A DNA stretch of 54,588 nt from Hypanus sabinus (lineage: Eukaryota): contig NC_082714.1 of assembly GCF_030144855.1 (NCBI RefSeq), positions 127,038,001 to 127,092,588 on the forward strand. The letters are read 5' to 3'. Within the stretch, counting starts at the first letter, position 1, and every line of letters starts with the position of its first letter. The notes beneath the pieces are model-generated. The model ran no database searches, was not told where the DNA came from, and saw only the letters and a list, made by a program, of their open reading frames with translations. The translations under genes were made by a program, and so were the position numbers. Below, one piece after another: positions 24,721-37,027 of this stretch.

Positions 24721-25417
24721 GGGGTTAGAGAGGTGAAGATCAGAGGGTTAATGGAAACATGACAGGGGGTGTATTTAAGAAGGGAGAGGTGTAATCTCAG
24801 GAACATGCAGGTTGAGTAAGATCCAGAGGGGTTTTGGAATACAGTAGGCTTAGAGTTTGTGATACTGGTTTGAAAGGAAATGGAAAACTACCTGTCAGGG
24901 TATTTAATGCAGCAAAGAATAAACTGGAAGTGTAGACCACAAGTTAGAATCCATGTTTGGTCAATTCCTTATCAAAGACAACTAGGGAAAAGGTCATCAC
25001 GGAAAGGGAACAAAGCAAGATGGAAATCCTGTGAGAGAACAGAGTAGAACTTCAGGTTATTGATTTTCAGATAAGGGACGGTGCTATGTTCCCTAGCATG
25101 ATGCAAAATGGAAACAAGAGTTGTTTTAACAACTGGACAATGAAGAATTCATGCAATGAAAGCACAGCAGGTTGGGTGGTGGAAATCAAAAACACAAACT
25201 GAAAATATGATATACATATCTTGCATTCTACTGATGCCCTGTTACCAGAAACAATATTTGATGACGGTTTTAAATATGCAAGAGAAATGGGAAAGAATAC
25301 ATCTGAAGTTGTGACTGTTAGAAGATTCATGATGAAAAGAAGTGTTGTTGTAATGCAAGAGCAATGGACTGTAGAGCAAGTTGAGAAACAAAAGGCAACT
25401 CCAGAGGAGGCCTGGTG

Positions 25418-26615
25418 GCATCCATTAATCTCATGAGACCATGGATCTGCGTCTAGAATGGTTTCCACGGTTGCAGGTCTGGGCAAAGTTGTATGGAAGA
25501 CCAGCAGTTGCCTATGCACCAAATTTCCTGGTGTTCACCTGACGGAGAATCTCACCTGGTCCCTCAACACCAGCTCCATAGCAAAGAAAGCACAGCAGCG
25601 TCTCTATTTTCTGCGAAGGCTGAGGAAAGTCCATCTCCCACCCCCCATTCTCATCACATTCTGCAGGGTTTGTATTGAGAGCATCCTGAGCAGCTGCATC
25701 ACTGCCTGGTTCGGAAATTGCACCATCTCGGATCACAAGACCCTGCAGTGGTTAGTGAGGTCAGCTGAGACGATCATCGGGGTCTCTCTTCCCACCATCA
25801 CAGACATTTGCACTACACGCTGCATCCGCAAAGGAAACAGCATTATGAAGGACCCCATGCACCCCCATACAATCTCTTCTCCCTCCTGCCGTTTGGGAAA
25901 AGGCTCCGAAGCATTCGGGCTCTCATGACCAGACTATAACAGTTTCTATCCCCAAGCTATCAGACTCTTCAATACCCGAAGCCCGGACTGACACCTTGCC
26001 CTATTGTCCTGTTTATTATTTATTGTAATGCCTACACTGTTTTTGTGCACTTTATGCAGTCCTGTGTAGGTCAGTAGTCTAGTGTAGCTTTCTCTGTGTT
26101 GTTTTTTTTACGTAGTTCAGTCTAGTTTTTGTACTGTGTCGTGTAACACCATAGTCCTGAAAAACATTGTCACATTTTTACTATGTACTGTACATAGCAG
26201 TTATGGTCGAAATTACAATCAAAGTGAAGACTTGATTTGCAGCACATCTCCCTTCTCCACGACACTGATGTTGTCCAAGGTCTAATACACCTTGGTACCA
26301 GTGTTGTTGCAGGAGTTGCCAGAACAAGGTTGAAGGCAAAGTTGGACTGCCTTAGGGACTCCAGCTCTGGATTTGTCCTCAGGGTTTACTCCTGAAGCCT
26401 TTCCATGAGTGGGTATGGCTACAAGGCAGCGGAGGTTTGAAATCAGAGTTTTCCCTCTCTTAGATGGACTGCCTTCCCAGGCTGACGAGCTCCATCTACC
26501 CGAAGCACTGGTTTTAAGGTGCCAGGAGCCACCTTTGCCCCTTCTCCTGTCAGTAGAAACAATTCCACCGGGTTTAGTTTAGAGACTAAGCCACACGAGA
26601 AGGCCAGGAGTTGGA
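25418..26615. mobile_element. Non-coding interspersed repeat (probably RTE-related), split by a Rex1 insertion
   Basis: 25418-25515 and 26238-26615 read as contiguous halves of a recalled elasmobranch repeat (…gttgcc(c/t)atgc|agc…ctcccttctccacgacactgatgttgtccaagg). The family assignment is uncertain. Confidence 0.45.
25516..26237 (+). mobile_element. 5'-truncated Rex1/Babar LINE
   Basis: TKFPGVHLTENLTWSLNTSSIAKKAQQRLYFLRRLRK...IESILSSCITAWFGNC, then a 3' UTR ending aaagtgaagacttgatt. Confidence 0.92.
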
Positions 26616-26896
26616 GAGGAGGCATAGAATTGGCAGAACTGGTGCCTGACCAGTGGTGACTCTGGTATAGTTTATCTCAAACCCAAAATGATTTTTATGC
26701 TTGGTGCTTGCTATGAGCTCTGCTCACAACATGTAGAAAGGAAAGGACAGAGGAAAGAGTGGAGAAAATGGATGACTAGAAGCTCAGGGCCATGCTTGTA
26801 AAATGAATGAAGATGTTTTGCAAAACAGTCATTCATCATAAAACTCCATACCAGAGTAGCAGTGATGAGGAGGTAAGCCATAAATACAGTGCATTA

Positions 26897-27612
26897 CAAA
26901 GTACAAGTACAAAGTAAATTTATCATCCTATCTCTTTATATATGCCTATCTCACCATATACAACCCAGAGATTTGCTTTCTTGTGGGCATACTCAGTAAA
27001 TAAGTAATAAGTAAAAAAAGCAATGAGTATATAGGATATGAGATGAAAATCTCTTGAAAGTAAGTCCACAGGTTGTGGGAACAATGGAAACCTTCTTCCC
27101 GATGGCAGCAAGGAGAAGGGAGCATGACCTGGGTGGTAGGGGTTCCTGATAATGGATCCTGCTTTCCTGCGACAGTGCTCCATCTAGATGTGCTTAGTGG
27201 TGAGGAGGGATTTACATATGATGGACTGGATCATATCCACTACTTTCTGCAGGATTTTCCATTCAGGGCCATTAGTGTTTCCATACCAGGCCATGATGTA
27301 ACCAGTCAATATACTCTTCACCACACAACGATAGAAGTTTGCATATGTTTTAGATGCCATGTTGAATCTTTACAAACTTCTAAGGAAGTAGAGCTGCTGC
27401 CGTGCTTTCTTTGTAATGGCACTTATGTGCTGAGCCCAGGATAGATCCTCTGAAATGTTAACACTGAGGAATTTAAAGTTGCTGACCCTCTCCACCTCTG
27501 AACTCCTGATCTTCAGTTTCCTCCTTCTGAAGTGAATAATCAGCTCGTTGATCTTACTGATATAGAGTGAGAGGTTGTTGTTGTGGTGCACTCAGCCAGA
27601 TTTTCGATCTCC
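26897..27612 (-). mobile_element. 5'-truncated Rex1/Babar LINE
   Basis: NNLSLYISKINELIIHFRR, VERVSNFKFLSVNISEDLSWAQH...KKARQQLYFLRSL and HPGHAPFSLLPSGRR. A caaagt tail lies at ~26897-26920. Confidence 0.9.
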
Positions 27613-27622
27613 CTTCAGTTTA

Positions 27623-27872
27623 AATTTAAGCTAGCTGATGAAAGACAATTCCAATGAAAGATTAACTGAGCTTTTTGACTCTCTCCCTTGACTCACTGTA
27701 TGGAATTTCTCCCTATTCCACAAAGTAATTCCAGCATTTTATATTATTTACCATGCAAAATACTTCATTCTTTGTGAAATAGGGAGAAATTCCATACAGT
27801 GAGTCAAGGGAGAGAGACAAAAAGCTCAGTTAATCTTTCATTGGAATTGTCTTTCATCAGCTAGCTTAAATT
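27623..27872. repeat. Long near-perfect inverted repeat (103-bp arms, 44-bp spacer)
   Basis: 27623-27725 is the reverse complement of 27770-27872 with 2 mismatches. Confidence 0.97.
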
Positions 27873-30149
27873 GAAGTATTTTGCAATTACTAGATTTTGA
27901 AAAAAATACTATAAAATCACTTCTGCCTGATGCATTTGGTTGGGAGTTTGGTAGCTGGTGCACTGATGGTAGGCTGAGAGGCCCAGTACCATGCTCTGTG
28001 TGTAGGATTTGGCTTTCTGAAGTGTAACAATGGAAGAGCTGGACGTGGAACATGGAAAGGGTGGGACTTTAAAGTTAATGGTTTTATTTTCAATTTGAAT
28101 GAGAAAAGGGAATAAGATTTGCAAAATTTATTGACAAATGGAGTGGGGAAGCAAACCCAAAGTGGACTGGAACAAAAAAAAATTATTATGTTACACAATT
28201 GTTGGTCCAGCTTGATGGGCAAGTGAGAATTTTGGAAGCATTCATGTATATGGTTTCTATCGCTTACTTACAAGAAATTTGCTTTGACGAAATGTCTCTA
28301 AATTGGACATAAAGTACACTAATAAGTCTTTGTAGTTTTCTTTGGAGAGCGAGAGATGTTTAAATCTCAGAGGAAGTTGACCTTGGCCACTCAGTACTGC
28401 AGGTGCAGAGTGCCCTCTTTAATCCTTAGGTTGTTATTTCTGAATTCCCATATTATCAATGTGCTGAATGATTTCCAGTTCAGACAAAAACGCTATGATC
28501 AAAAGAAAGTGAACTGGAAATATGGGAATGTTTGTACCTTTTGTCCGGTGTACATGTTCTTCAGCTAGAGCTCATATGATCAATAATATTAGCATAATCT
28601 GCCCTCTAAAAGGGAGGGACTGGTCCAGCTTCAGTGAATAGCAGCTCCTTGCTACATGTTGTCACAGTGATGGTTGTGTTGTTGGACACGACTAGAGGGT
28701 TTTCCTTTCATGACTGCTATTGAAATTCATTTGACATGGCATAGCTCATTGTCTGGATGGAGGGACCATTGACAGCTACATCAGAGTTTGACAAGTCATC
28801 GGAGATTTCAGTGCTTCCTAGCATTCTGTGACAAGATGACCCATTTGTCCTGTAGGAAAAGAATCATTCAGCTTATACTGATTGTGGAAGACAGACCCAA
28901 CCAGTTGCCTTCACCTCCCAAGGTTTGCTAGTGCTATTATCATGAGAAGAAATATAATCCACTTTTGGAACTATTAGTACCTGAAGTCTAAGACACTCTG
29001 TGGTAAATAAATGTTTAGTTCATAATCCACTGTAATTTGACGTATTTGGGCAGAAAGCACTGCTGTTTCACTTGAATAGAATCGAGATAGAATTGAAATT
29101 ATACACTGACCATAAAAAATATTCAGTAAAGGAAACTAATCCTGTTTATATGAATAACTGAGATGAGTTGATTGTTGGAATGTAGGTATGTATTTGCATC
29201 TGTTAGTGACTGCTTCAAAGTGAAATCCATAACTTATATGTCAATATATCAGTAATACCGAACAATAAAGTTACTATTTCTTAAATGAAGAGAAAGGTCT
29301 TCCATTGAATGAAGATTTTAAATACTAGAGAATTACATAACTTTTAAATTTTGATTAGTAGCTATGCCTGATCATGCAGTTTCCTTCCCGTAGGTGGTTT
29401 GTCATATGAGGCTGTGCATTTTTTTTTGTGTGGCTTTTCTGAAATGGCCAGCTATACATTTCCTGTATTCCTATGTGCACACAGCCCTTTGATATCCATT
29501 CAATTGCTCTGTGTATTGTTCAAAAATTTCAGTGGACACTGCAGGGCTCTCCACATGAGTGAAGTGAAGGGCACCACATGACTCCATTTTCTTTTTTTTC
29601 TCGTCTAGTGGCTCATTCATAAAGGCAAAAAGCAGCCATGTTTTCCAAATATAAATGGGGGAGGGGATCATTCTGCTCTTCTGTGCTTCTTTAAGGATTA
29701 CATTGTGTTACATACAGTGTTGACTCACAGTGGAACAACTCCACACTGATCTATTCAACTTCTTTCCCATTACACGTTTTGCAATAATAGATTAGCATTT
29801 GCCTGGGTGTTCAGAGCTCAAAGTCTTTGAGTGCAGTGTCCAGTTAAGACTAAGTGGAGAATCAGCTGTAATGAAGCTGTAAGTTTTCTGTCACAAAATA
29901 AGACACCAATAAATTAAACTGTCCGTTGCCTGTTGCTATCTCTCCACTTGAACACACAGAGTGGACTTCAATGACATGAAGAAACCTATCAGCCTGAATT
30001 TACAATATGTTGGTCTTGACTCATTTCCTTGACTATAGATGAAGTTGAATCTGAATTGGAAGCTGTGACCAAAATGATAAAATATCTGAACTAGGCTTCT
30101 AAGTTTTTACTAGATGATGGTCAAGATTTAATCATTGAAAGTCAGTATC

Positions 30150-30848
30150 CCTCAGAATCATGATGTAAATGTATTTGCAAAGAAAACAGAACAGTGCCTC
30201 GACTTCCTTAGGAGTCTGTGGAGATTTGGCATGTCATTAAAAACCTTGACGAGCCTCTTCAGATGTCTGGTGGAAAGTGTATTTACTGGCTGCATTACGG
30301 CCTGGTATGAGAACACCATTGCCTTTGAGCGGAAAATGCTACAAATAGTAGTAGAACAGGCCCAGTATATTACAAATAAAGCCCTTCCAATCATTGAACA
30401 CATCTACATGAAACATTGTCACAGAAAAACAGTATTTGTCATCAAATATTCTCACCACCTAGGCCATTTAATTTTCTTGCTGCTGCCAAGAGGTAGAAGT
30501 GCCTCAGGACTCACACCACCAGGTTCAAGATCAGTTATTAACCCTGGACCTTCAGGGTTTTGAACAAAAGAGGGTAACTACACTCATTCTATTTCTGGTG
30601 TTCCCACAACCAATGATCTGACTTTAAGATCACTTTAACTTGCTATTTCATACTTTCCTTATTTATTGCTATTTATCTATATTTACATTTGCACAGTTTG
30701 TTGTATTCTACCCTCTACTTGATCTTTTGATCCGTTTGCAGTTACTGTTCTATAGATTTGCTGAGTATGCCTGCAAAAAAGAATCTCAGGGTTGTATGTG
30801 GTGACATATATATATACCCTGATAATAAATATTACTTTGAACTTTGAA
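30150..30848 (+). mobile_element. Rex1/Babar 3' fragment
   Basis: KKTEQCLDFLRSLWRFGMS...VESVFTGCITAWY. Ends aataaatattactttgaactttgaa. Confidence 0.88.
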
Positions 30849-32799
30849 TAAGAGTTTAAGTTTTGTGATGAGAGAAGAGACATTTTTAAAAAAATATATA
30901 GATGATGGCTCGCAAAGCATAAGTAATCATTGTTGGCCAAGATTGTGCCAGAGTAAGGTATCTCTTAGAGTCCCCCATTCATAATAATTTCTCCATAAAC
31001 TTGAAAAATTGTTTGACCTTTGAGCACTCGAGCTGTGAGCTGATGATAGCATTCTCAGGGTAATGGGGCATCTTTGGAGAATGAATGTCTATCTCCTTAC
31101 CAACTGAGATCTAGGGATTCAGAAATAAATAGAGCAGTAAAAGAGAAGGATGAAGTAAGATGTGATAGTCTGAGAAAAAACAGTAATATAATAAATTAAT
31201 AGGAGAATAAAGAGAAGTTAAAATAAAATTCCCAACAGAAGGAATGACAGTACTCCTGTTTGTTTGTGATCTGGAGATGATGATTGGCATCGCAGGAGCG
31301 CAAATCTCCTCAATTAAAAGGTACTTGCACAGTTAATTATCAGCTATATGTTGCTTCTGCAAGTTCAGTGAGCAATTAATATATAAATGGGAAATGTTGC
31401 AAAACCCACTAGGAGCCTGAGAGTGGAATGATTTCCAAAGCAAACAGAGTTTTAAAGGTGTTCAGCAAGATGCTGCTTTTTAGTAACTCTGGGCCTTCAT
31501 GTTTTGATTATGTATAATGCCTCTGTTTCTTTTCAATAACTGCTTTCAATTTTACAAAAAAAAAGCACATCTTTCAGCAGCATGATTTCAATTGGTATAA
31601 CAGCAGACATGTCCCATTTTTCCTGTTTTGAAAGGGCTACAGTGACCAGATCATTTTGCATCTTTCCTATCTTTTCATCCTGTATCCTACCCCAGCCCCA
31701 ATTCCTTCAAATTTATTGGTTTCTGTTATTCTAAAAACATTGCTGAAGTTTCCTCAGTTACTTTGATGTGAAGATGTTAAATGCTTTTTCCCCAATAATT
31801 TAGTATTTTATTTCCTTGCTTTCTTATATAAAATTACATGTCTAGACAGTGACAAAATAAAAAAAGTGCATTGGCTGTCTGGACAACTGCTTTATGTTTC
31901 TGTTCACTGAGTAGATGTTGGAGTAGAAAACTGGAAATTTCTCTTTATACATAAGGTAACATCTCACACACCAAGTGTGGCAAAGTAAGTTTGCAAAAAT
32001 GGTGACGTTGTGCATCATAATTCTATGATGATTTAGTAGGAAATGCATTTTTATGGTCGTGTTGCTGCAGCTTTCTTGTGCAGTGTGTCAGTGCGTAATA
32101 GTTCCTTGAGCTTCAGAGTAGAGTGTAAAAGGGAAAAAGAGAAATAAATAGTTGTTATTGCTGTGCTAGAGGCTTCTTCATGGAATTATTTGTTGCATTT
32201 TCTTTCAGTGTGGCTACTTACCAGATCATAGGGTTTATAAAAGTACAGGCATGACACTGACAGAAATATTTCATCAATTGTGGACTTGAGGGAGGGAATT
32301 AATCAATTTATATCTTGCCCTAATCATCTGGTATTTGGTATTTAATTCCAGGAAGCAAAAAAGATTTGGCCAATGGCTAAAATATAATATAGTTCTAAAC
32401 TACTGACTGATTTACTTCCTAATAAGTATTTTTTAACAATGATCCTCTCCAACAATCTCACAACATTGTAGAAATTATGACCTTGCAAGAGGTATTAATC
32501 CCCATTCATTTCTACTTCAGGCAGGCTGGGGAAGAATAAATACTAGATTATGACCTTGATTGAGTTTTAGGACAAAAATATAAAATGTTACTGTCTTCGG
32601 AGGTTTAGAGGTAATTTTATGGAATTATGTTTATACATTCATTTGTTATGTGACTCGGGTACTATGTATATCATTGCTGAGGTTGAATGTCAATTTTAGT
32701 TTTTACAGAAAAAAAATGCTTTATGCCTTTATTTTCCTGACTTGACGTATTTAGTCATTCTTGACTGTCTTCTCTTGTTCTATAAATTCTGTGTGTTGC

Positions 32800-33130
32800 A
32801 GACCTGTGCTCCTGTCCTACCTCTCACCCATTCCTAGTCACCTACTAGTCTACTTGTTCCATCTTCTGTTGACTACTGGTTGATCAAGGTTTTAATTTTA
32901 ATGTTCTTCTCATTGATATTGTTTATGATTTATTTTGTAGCACATCTTTCCCTATGTTTCTCATCATTCTCAGTCTAGAAACCCTCCGAAATAATTGTTT
33001 ACCTACAGTTTTAGCTTCTTGCACAGCCCCAGTGTGCCAACCATTACTTGAACTGCCTAGGTTTCAAGTACTGGAATTTCTTCCCAAGCACTTTTTTTCC
33101 CAGCTTTTCAAACATAATTTTGACAGGGTT
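32800..33130 (+). mobile_element. Possible ancient L2-like 3' remnant
   Basis: Faint similarity to the L2 C-terminus (TP.L..L..L.V...FK.L.L...WN.LP). The ctggaatttcttcccaa motif lies at 33071. Confidence 0.35.
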
Positions 33131-33149
33131 CAGGATTTCTACAATGGCA

Positions 33150-33710
33150 TCATAAGACCGTAAGATATAGGAGCAGAATTAGGCTATTTGGTCCATCGAG
33201 TCTGTTCCACCATTTCATCATAGCTGATATATTTTCTCTCTCAGCCCCAATCTTCTGCCTTTTCCCAGTATCTGTTCACACTCCAACTAATCAAGAAGCT
33301 TTCAGCCTCTGTTTTAACTATACCCAATGCCACAGCTGCCTATGGCAATGGATTCCACAGATTTACCACTATCTGGCTAAAGAACATTCCTCCTCATCTC
33401 CAATTGAAGGGATGCCCCTCTAATCTGAGGCTCGGTCCTCTGGTCCTAGACTCCCCCACCATAAGAAATGTCCTCTCCATATACACTCTATTGAGGCTGT
33501 TCAATGGTCATTAGGGTTCAATGAGGAGACCCATCATCCTTCTGAATTCCAGTGAGGACAGGCCCAGAACCATCAAACACTCTTTATATGACATGTCTTT
33601 CAGTCCCTGAATCATTCTCATGAACTTCCTTTCAATCCTCTCCAATGTCAGCACATCCTTTCTTTGATAAGGAGCCCAAAACTGTTCACCGTACTCCCAG
33701 TGAGGAGTAT
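33150..33710 (-). mobile_element. CR1 3' fragment
   Basis: cataagaccgtaagatataggagcagaattaggc tail. The body is antisense-homologous to 3020-3550. Confidence 0.9.
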
Positions 33711-33857
33711 GGTCAGTTGTTCTCTTGTTATTTTATAGCTTTCCTGTGAAATGCCTTACAACTTAACTGTTATGTTAAAGGTACTCAGTAAGTAAAATAA
33801 CATGAAATTTCAGCCTAGCCCTACATCAAGAAGACATGAGGGGCTGTAGATGTTGGA

Positions 33858-34275
33858 AAAAGTCCAGATGAAGGGTCTTGACCCAAGACATCGGCCATTT
33901 CCCTCTGTAAATGCTGCCTTACCTGCTGAGTCTCCCATCCACTCCATAATGTACTGGTTAGGCACAGGAGTACATTCAGCCAGAGACTCATTCCACCGAG
34001 ATGCAACACTGAGCGTCATAGGAAGTCATTCCTGCCTGTGGACATCAAACTTTACAACTCCTCCCTCGGAGTGTCAGACACCCTGAGCCAATAGGCTGGT
34101 CCTGGATTTATTTCCACATGGCATAATTTACTTATTATTATGTAATTATTTATGGTTTTATATTGCTATATTTCTACACTATTTTTGGTTGGTGCGACTG
34201 TAACGAAACCCAGTTTCCCTCAGGATCAATAAAGTATGTCTGTTTGAGTTCCACCACATCTTTGTGCATTTATCA
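33858..34275 (+). mobile_element. Penelope pLTR (33858-33931, 34245-34275) interrupted by a Rex1-like 3' end (33932-34244)
   Basis: The pLTR text ...cctgctgagt resumes as tgagttccacc after the insert, with tgagt duplicated at 33927-33931 and 34245-34249. The insert encodes SHPLH... and ends ggatcaataaagtatgtctgtt. Confidence 0.85.
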
Positions 34276-35384
34276 AGTTTGCTCCCTCGGCAGACCATGT
34301 ATATTTAAAACTATATTGAATTGTGCACTTGCCAGTTCATGTTGATGAGAGAATTATTTCAATCTTAGCTCCTTGACCTGTTAAATGAATTGCTGGATCT
34401 ACTGCTTGTGAGTGATGAAGGCACCAGGAGATTCATTCCTTGTATTTTCATGCTTTTGTCCAATCTGCAGCTCCTCCTTCCACTGTTTGAAGAGCTTCAT
34501 CTTTATTTTAAAAATTTTAACTTCCTTAATTAGCCAGATCTATCCCTTTACATTGTTTTGTTTCTCTTTCATTAAATTTCTGTGGGAAATATGCCAATTT
34601 CAGAGATTTGCCCAAGTGAAGATGGGTTGTGATACTGGATGCTGGTGAGCTGACTAACATGACTGCCTTCATACTTATTTGGAAATACTTAAATATTGCT
34701 GGAATTTCTTGTACTGGAATTAGGCATCATACTGATTCCTTTTCATGGAGAGGAGCTCGTCTCTGGAGTGACAGACAATGACAGCCATACAAGCCAAGTG
34801 GTTATTCCTGGTTATGTTGTGATGGATATTCACTGTCCATGGCTTGAGGGGCCTTCCCACCAAACTCAGCTTTCTAACACAGCAGTGGACTCTTCCAAGT
34901 GTCGAAGAGTCGTTTTTGAGTAAGTTAAGCTTCCAAACAATATTCTTTGCTCACTTGTTTTGTCTTGTTGGCTCATTATTTAATCGAGATGAACCAATGG
35001 GGTTTGCTTCAGCCTAATTAAATGATGCATTCACCTGGCCTGACAAATGTAACTGACAAACATCACATGCACGTGAAGACACCAACTAGCAAAAATCAGT
35101 TAAAAATGTTAATTAGAGAATGGCCAGGTTTGTTTGGAATAGTCAAGGAACAATAAAGAAGCCGGTGATTAGAATCCATTCCTCTACATTCAGTTTCTGT
35201 GACAAGTTTGTCTGCAGCTCATTGGTGTGTCTTTTCAGCATATAGGAATTGCACCTGTGTTTTGGAAATCCTTTGTGTCTGCAATTTGGAAGTCTTTTAT
35301 AATTGAAATCCTCTGTGCATTTTGAATCTGATTAAAGAACTTCATCTAAATTTAAACATTATCACTAAAAATAAATGAATTGTA

Positions 35385-36552
35385 CCTCCACCATCAACTC
35401 TGCTCTCAAACGCATCTCTCCCATTTCACGCACATCTGCTCTCACCCCATCCGCCCACCACCCCACTCGGGATAGGGTTCCCCTTGTCCTCATCTACCAC
35501 CCCACCAGCCTCCGAACATATAATTTTCCGTAACTTCCGCCACCTCCAACGGGATCTCACTACCAAGCACATCTTTCCCTCCCCCCACCCCCCACCTTTT
35601 CAGCTTTCCGCAGCGATCGCTCCCTATTTGACTCCCTTGACCATTTGTACCCCCCCCCCCCATCCCTTCCCAACGATCTCCCTCCTGGCACTTATTCTTG
35701 TAGGCGGAACAAGTGCTACACCTGCCCTTACACTTTCTCCCTCACCACCATTCAAGGCCCCAGACAGTCCTTCCAGGTGAGGCAACACTTCACCTGTGAG
35801 TCGGCTGGTGCTGTGTCCGGTGCTCCCGGTGCGGCCTTTTATATATTGATGAGACCCAGCGCAGACTGGGAGACTGTTTTGCTGAACACCTATGCTCTGT
35901 CTGCCAGAATAAGCAGGATCTCCCAGTGGCCACACATTTTAATTCCATGTCCCATTCCCATTCTGATATGTCTATCCATGGCCTCCTCTACTGTCAAGAT
36001 GAAGCCACACTCAGGTTGGAGGAACAACACCTTATATTCTGTCTAGGTAGCCTCCAACCTGATGGCATGAAGATTGATCTCTCTAACTTATGTTAATGCC
36101 CCTCCTCCCCTTCTTACCCCATCCCTTATTTATTTATTTATCCCCCTTTTTTTTTCTCTCTCTCTCTCTGCCCCTCTCACAATCACACTTTGCCTGTTCT
36201 CCATCTCCCTCTAGTGCTTCCCTCCCCCTTTTTTCTCCCTGGGTCTTCCTTCCCATGATCCTTTCCCCTCTCCAGCTCTGTATCCCTTTTGCCAATCATC
36301 TTTCCAGCTCTTAGCTTCTCCCTTCCCCCTCCTGCCTTCTCCTATCATTTCGGATTTTCCCCTCCCCCTCCCCCTCCCCCTCCTACTTTCAAATCTCTTA
36401 CTAGCTTTTCTTTCAGTTAGGCCTGACGAAGGGTCAAAATCTGAAATGTCGACAGTGCTTCTTCCTATAGATACTGCCTGGCCTGCTGCGTTCCTCCAGC
36501 ATTTAGTGTGTGCTGCTTGAATTTCCAGCATCTGTAGATTTTCTCATGTTTG
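35385..36552 (+). mobile_element. Penelope-like element (Neptune-type) 3' half: Cys linker, GIY-YIG endonuclease, pyrimidine-rich tract, pLTR
   Basis: CRRNKCYTCPY, SFQVRQHFTCES, frameshifted CSRCGLLYIDET, HFN and LEEQHLIF. The terminal repeat lies at 36415-36552. Confidence 0.92.
36417..36455 (+). ncRNA. Minimal type I hammerhead-ribozyme-like motif in a pLTR (stems damaged)
   Basis: CTGACGA (36423-36429), GAAA (36443-36446) and GTC (36448-36450) are intact. Stems I and II are mutated. Confidence 0.6.
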
Positions 36553-37027
36553 AATTGTGTTTAAACTACTTTGTTAGTAGGCACTATCTCCTCCTTGCTG
36601 GGGGGAGGACCTACCACTCAAATAGTGGGTATTGGCAGCTAAATGCACCTTGGAGGATTAACATGGAAAAGAATGAGTCTTTGAGGAGCAAATGGCTACA
36701 GTATAAGCCCCGTTTAGTGAGGGAACCTGTAGCTATCCATGTCAGATAGGGCTTAAGATTGTTGTTTGAGTTCAGAACGTCATGGACAGTAAACCCAATA
36801 CTATCTCAATTTATGATTCATATAAGATTATGCAAAATCTTTTGACTGACTCATTTTGTGGAATCAGGACATGAGATGTTAATTCACCCTTACTAACAGT
36901 AACCAAGTAAGGAGGCTTCTTTCGGTGGCCCATGTCCTGCGTTTGGAAAATTAGTGCCCACTCTTTTGCTCCAGCTGTCTCCTTATGTTGAGCGGATTGT
37001 TGAATTCTGCTGTTTTCTCATTGCACG

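Noticed and set aside
24288-25522. Long minus ORFs (172 aa and 151 aa)
   Set aside because: They span decayed repeat pieces and purine-biased DNA, with no coherent protein beyond a short Penelope motif.
26700-26880. Possible further antisense Penelope GIY-YIG fragment
   Set aside because: The similarity is too faint to support without an alignment.
34696-34923. IPGYV-containing ORF as a LINE endonuclease remnant
   Set aside because: Only one short motif is present, which is insufficient.
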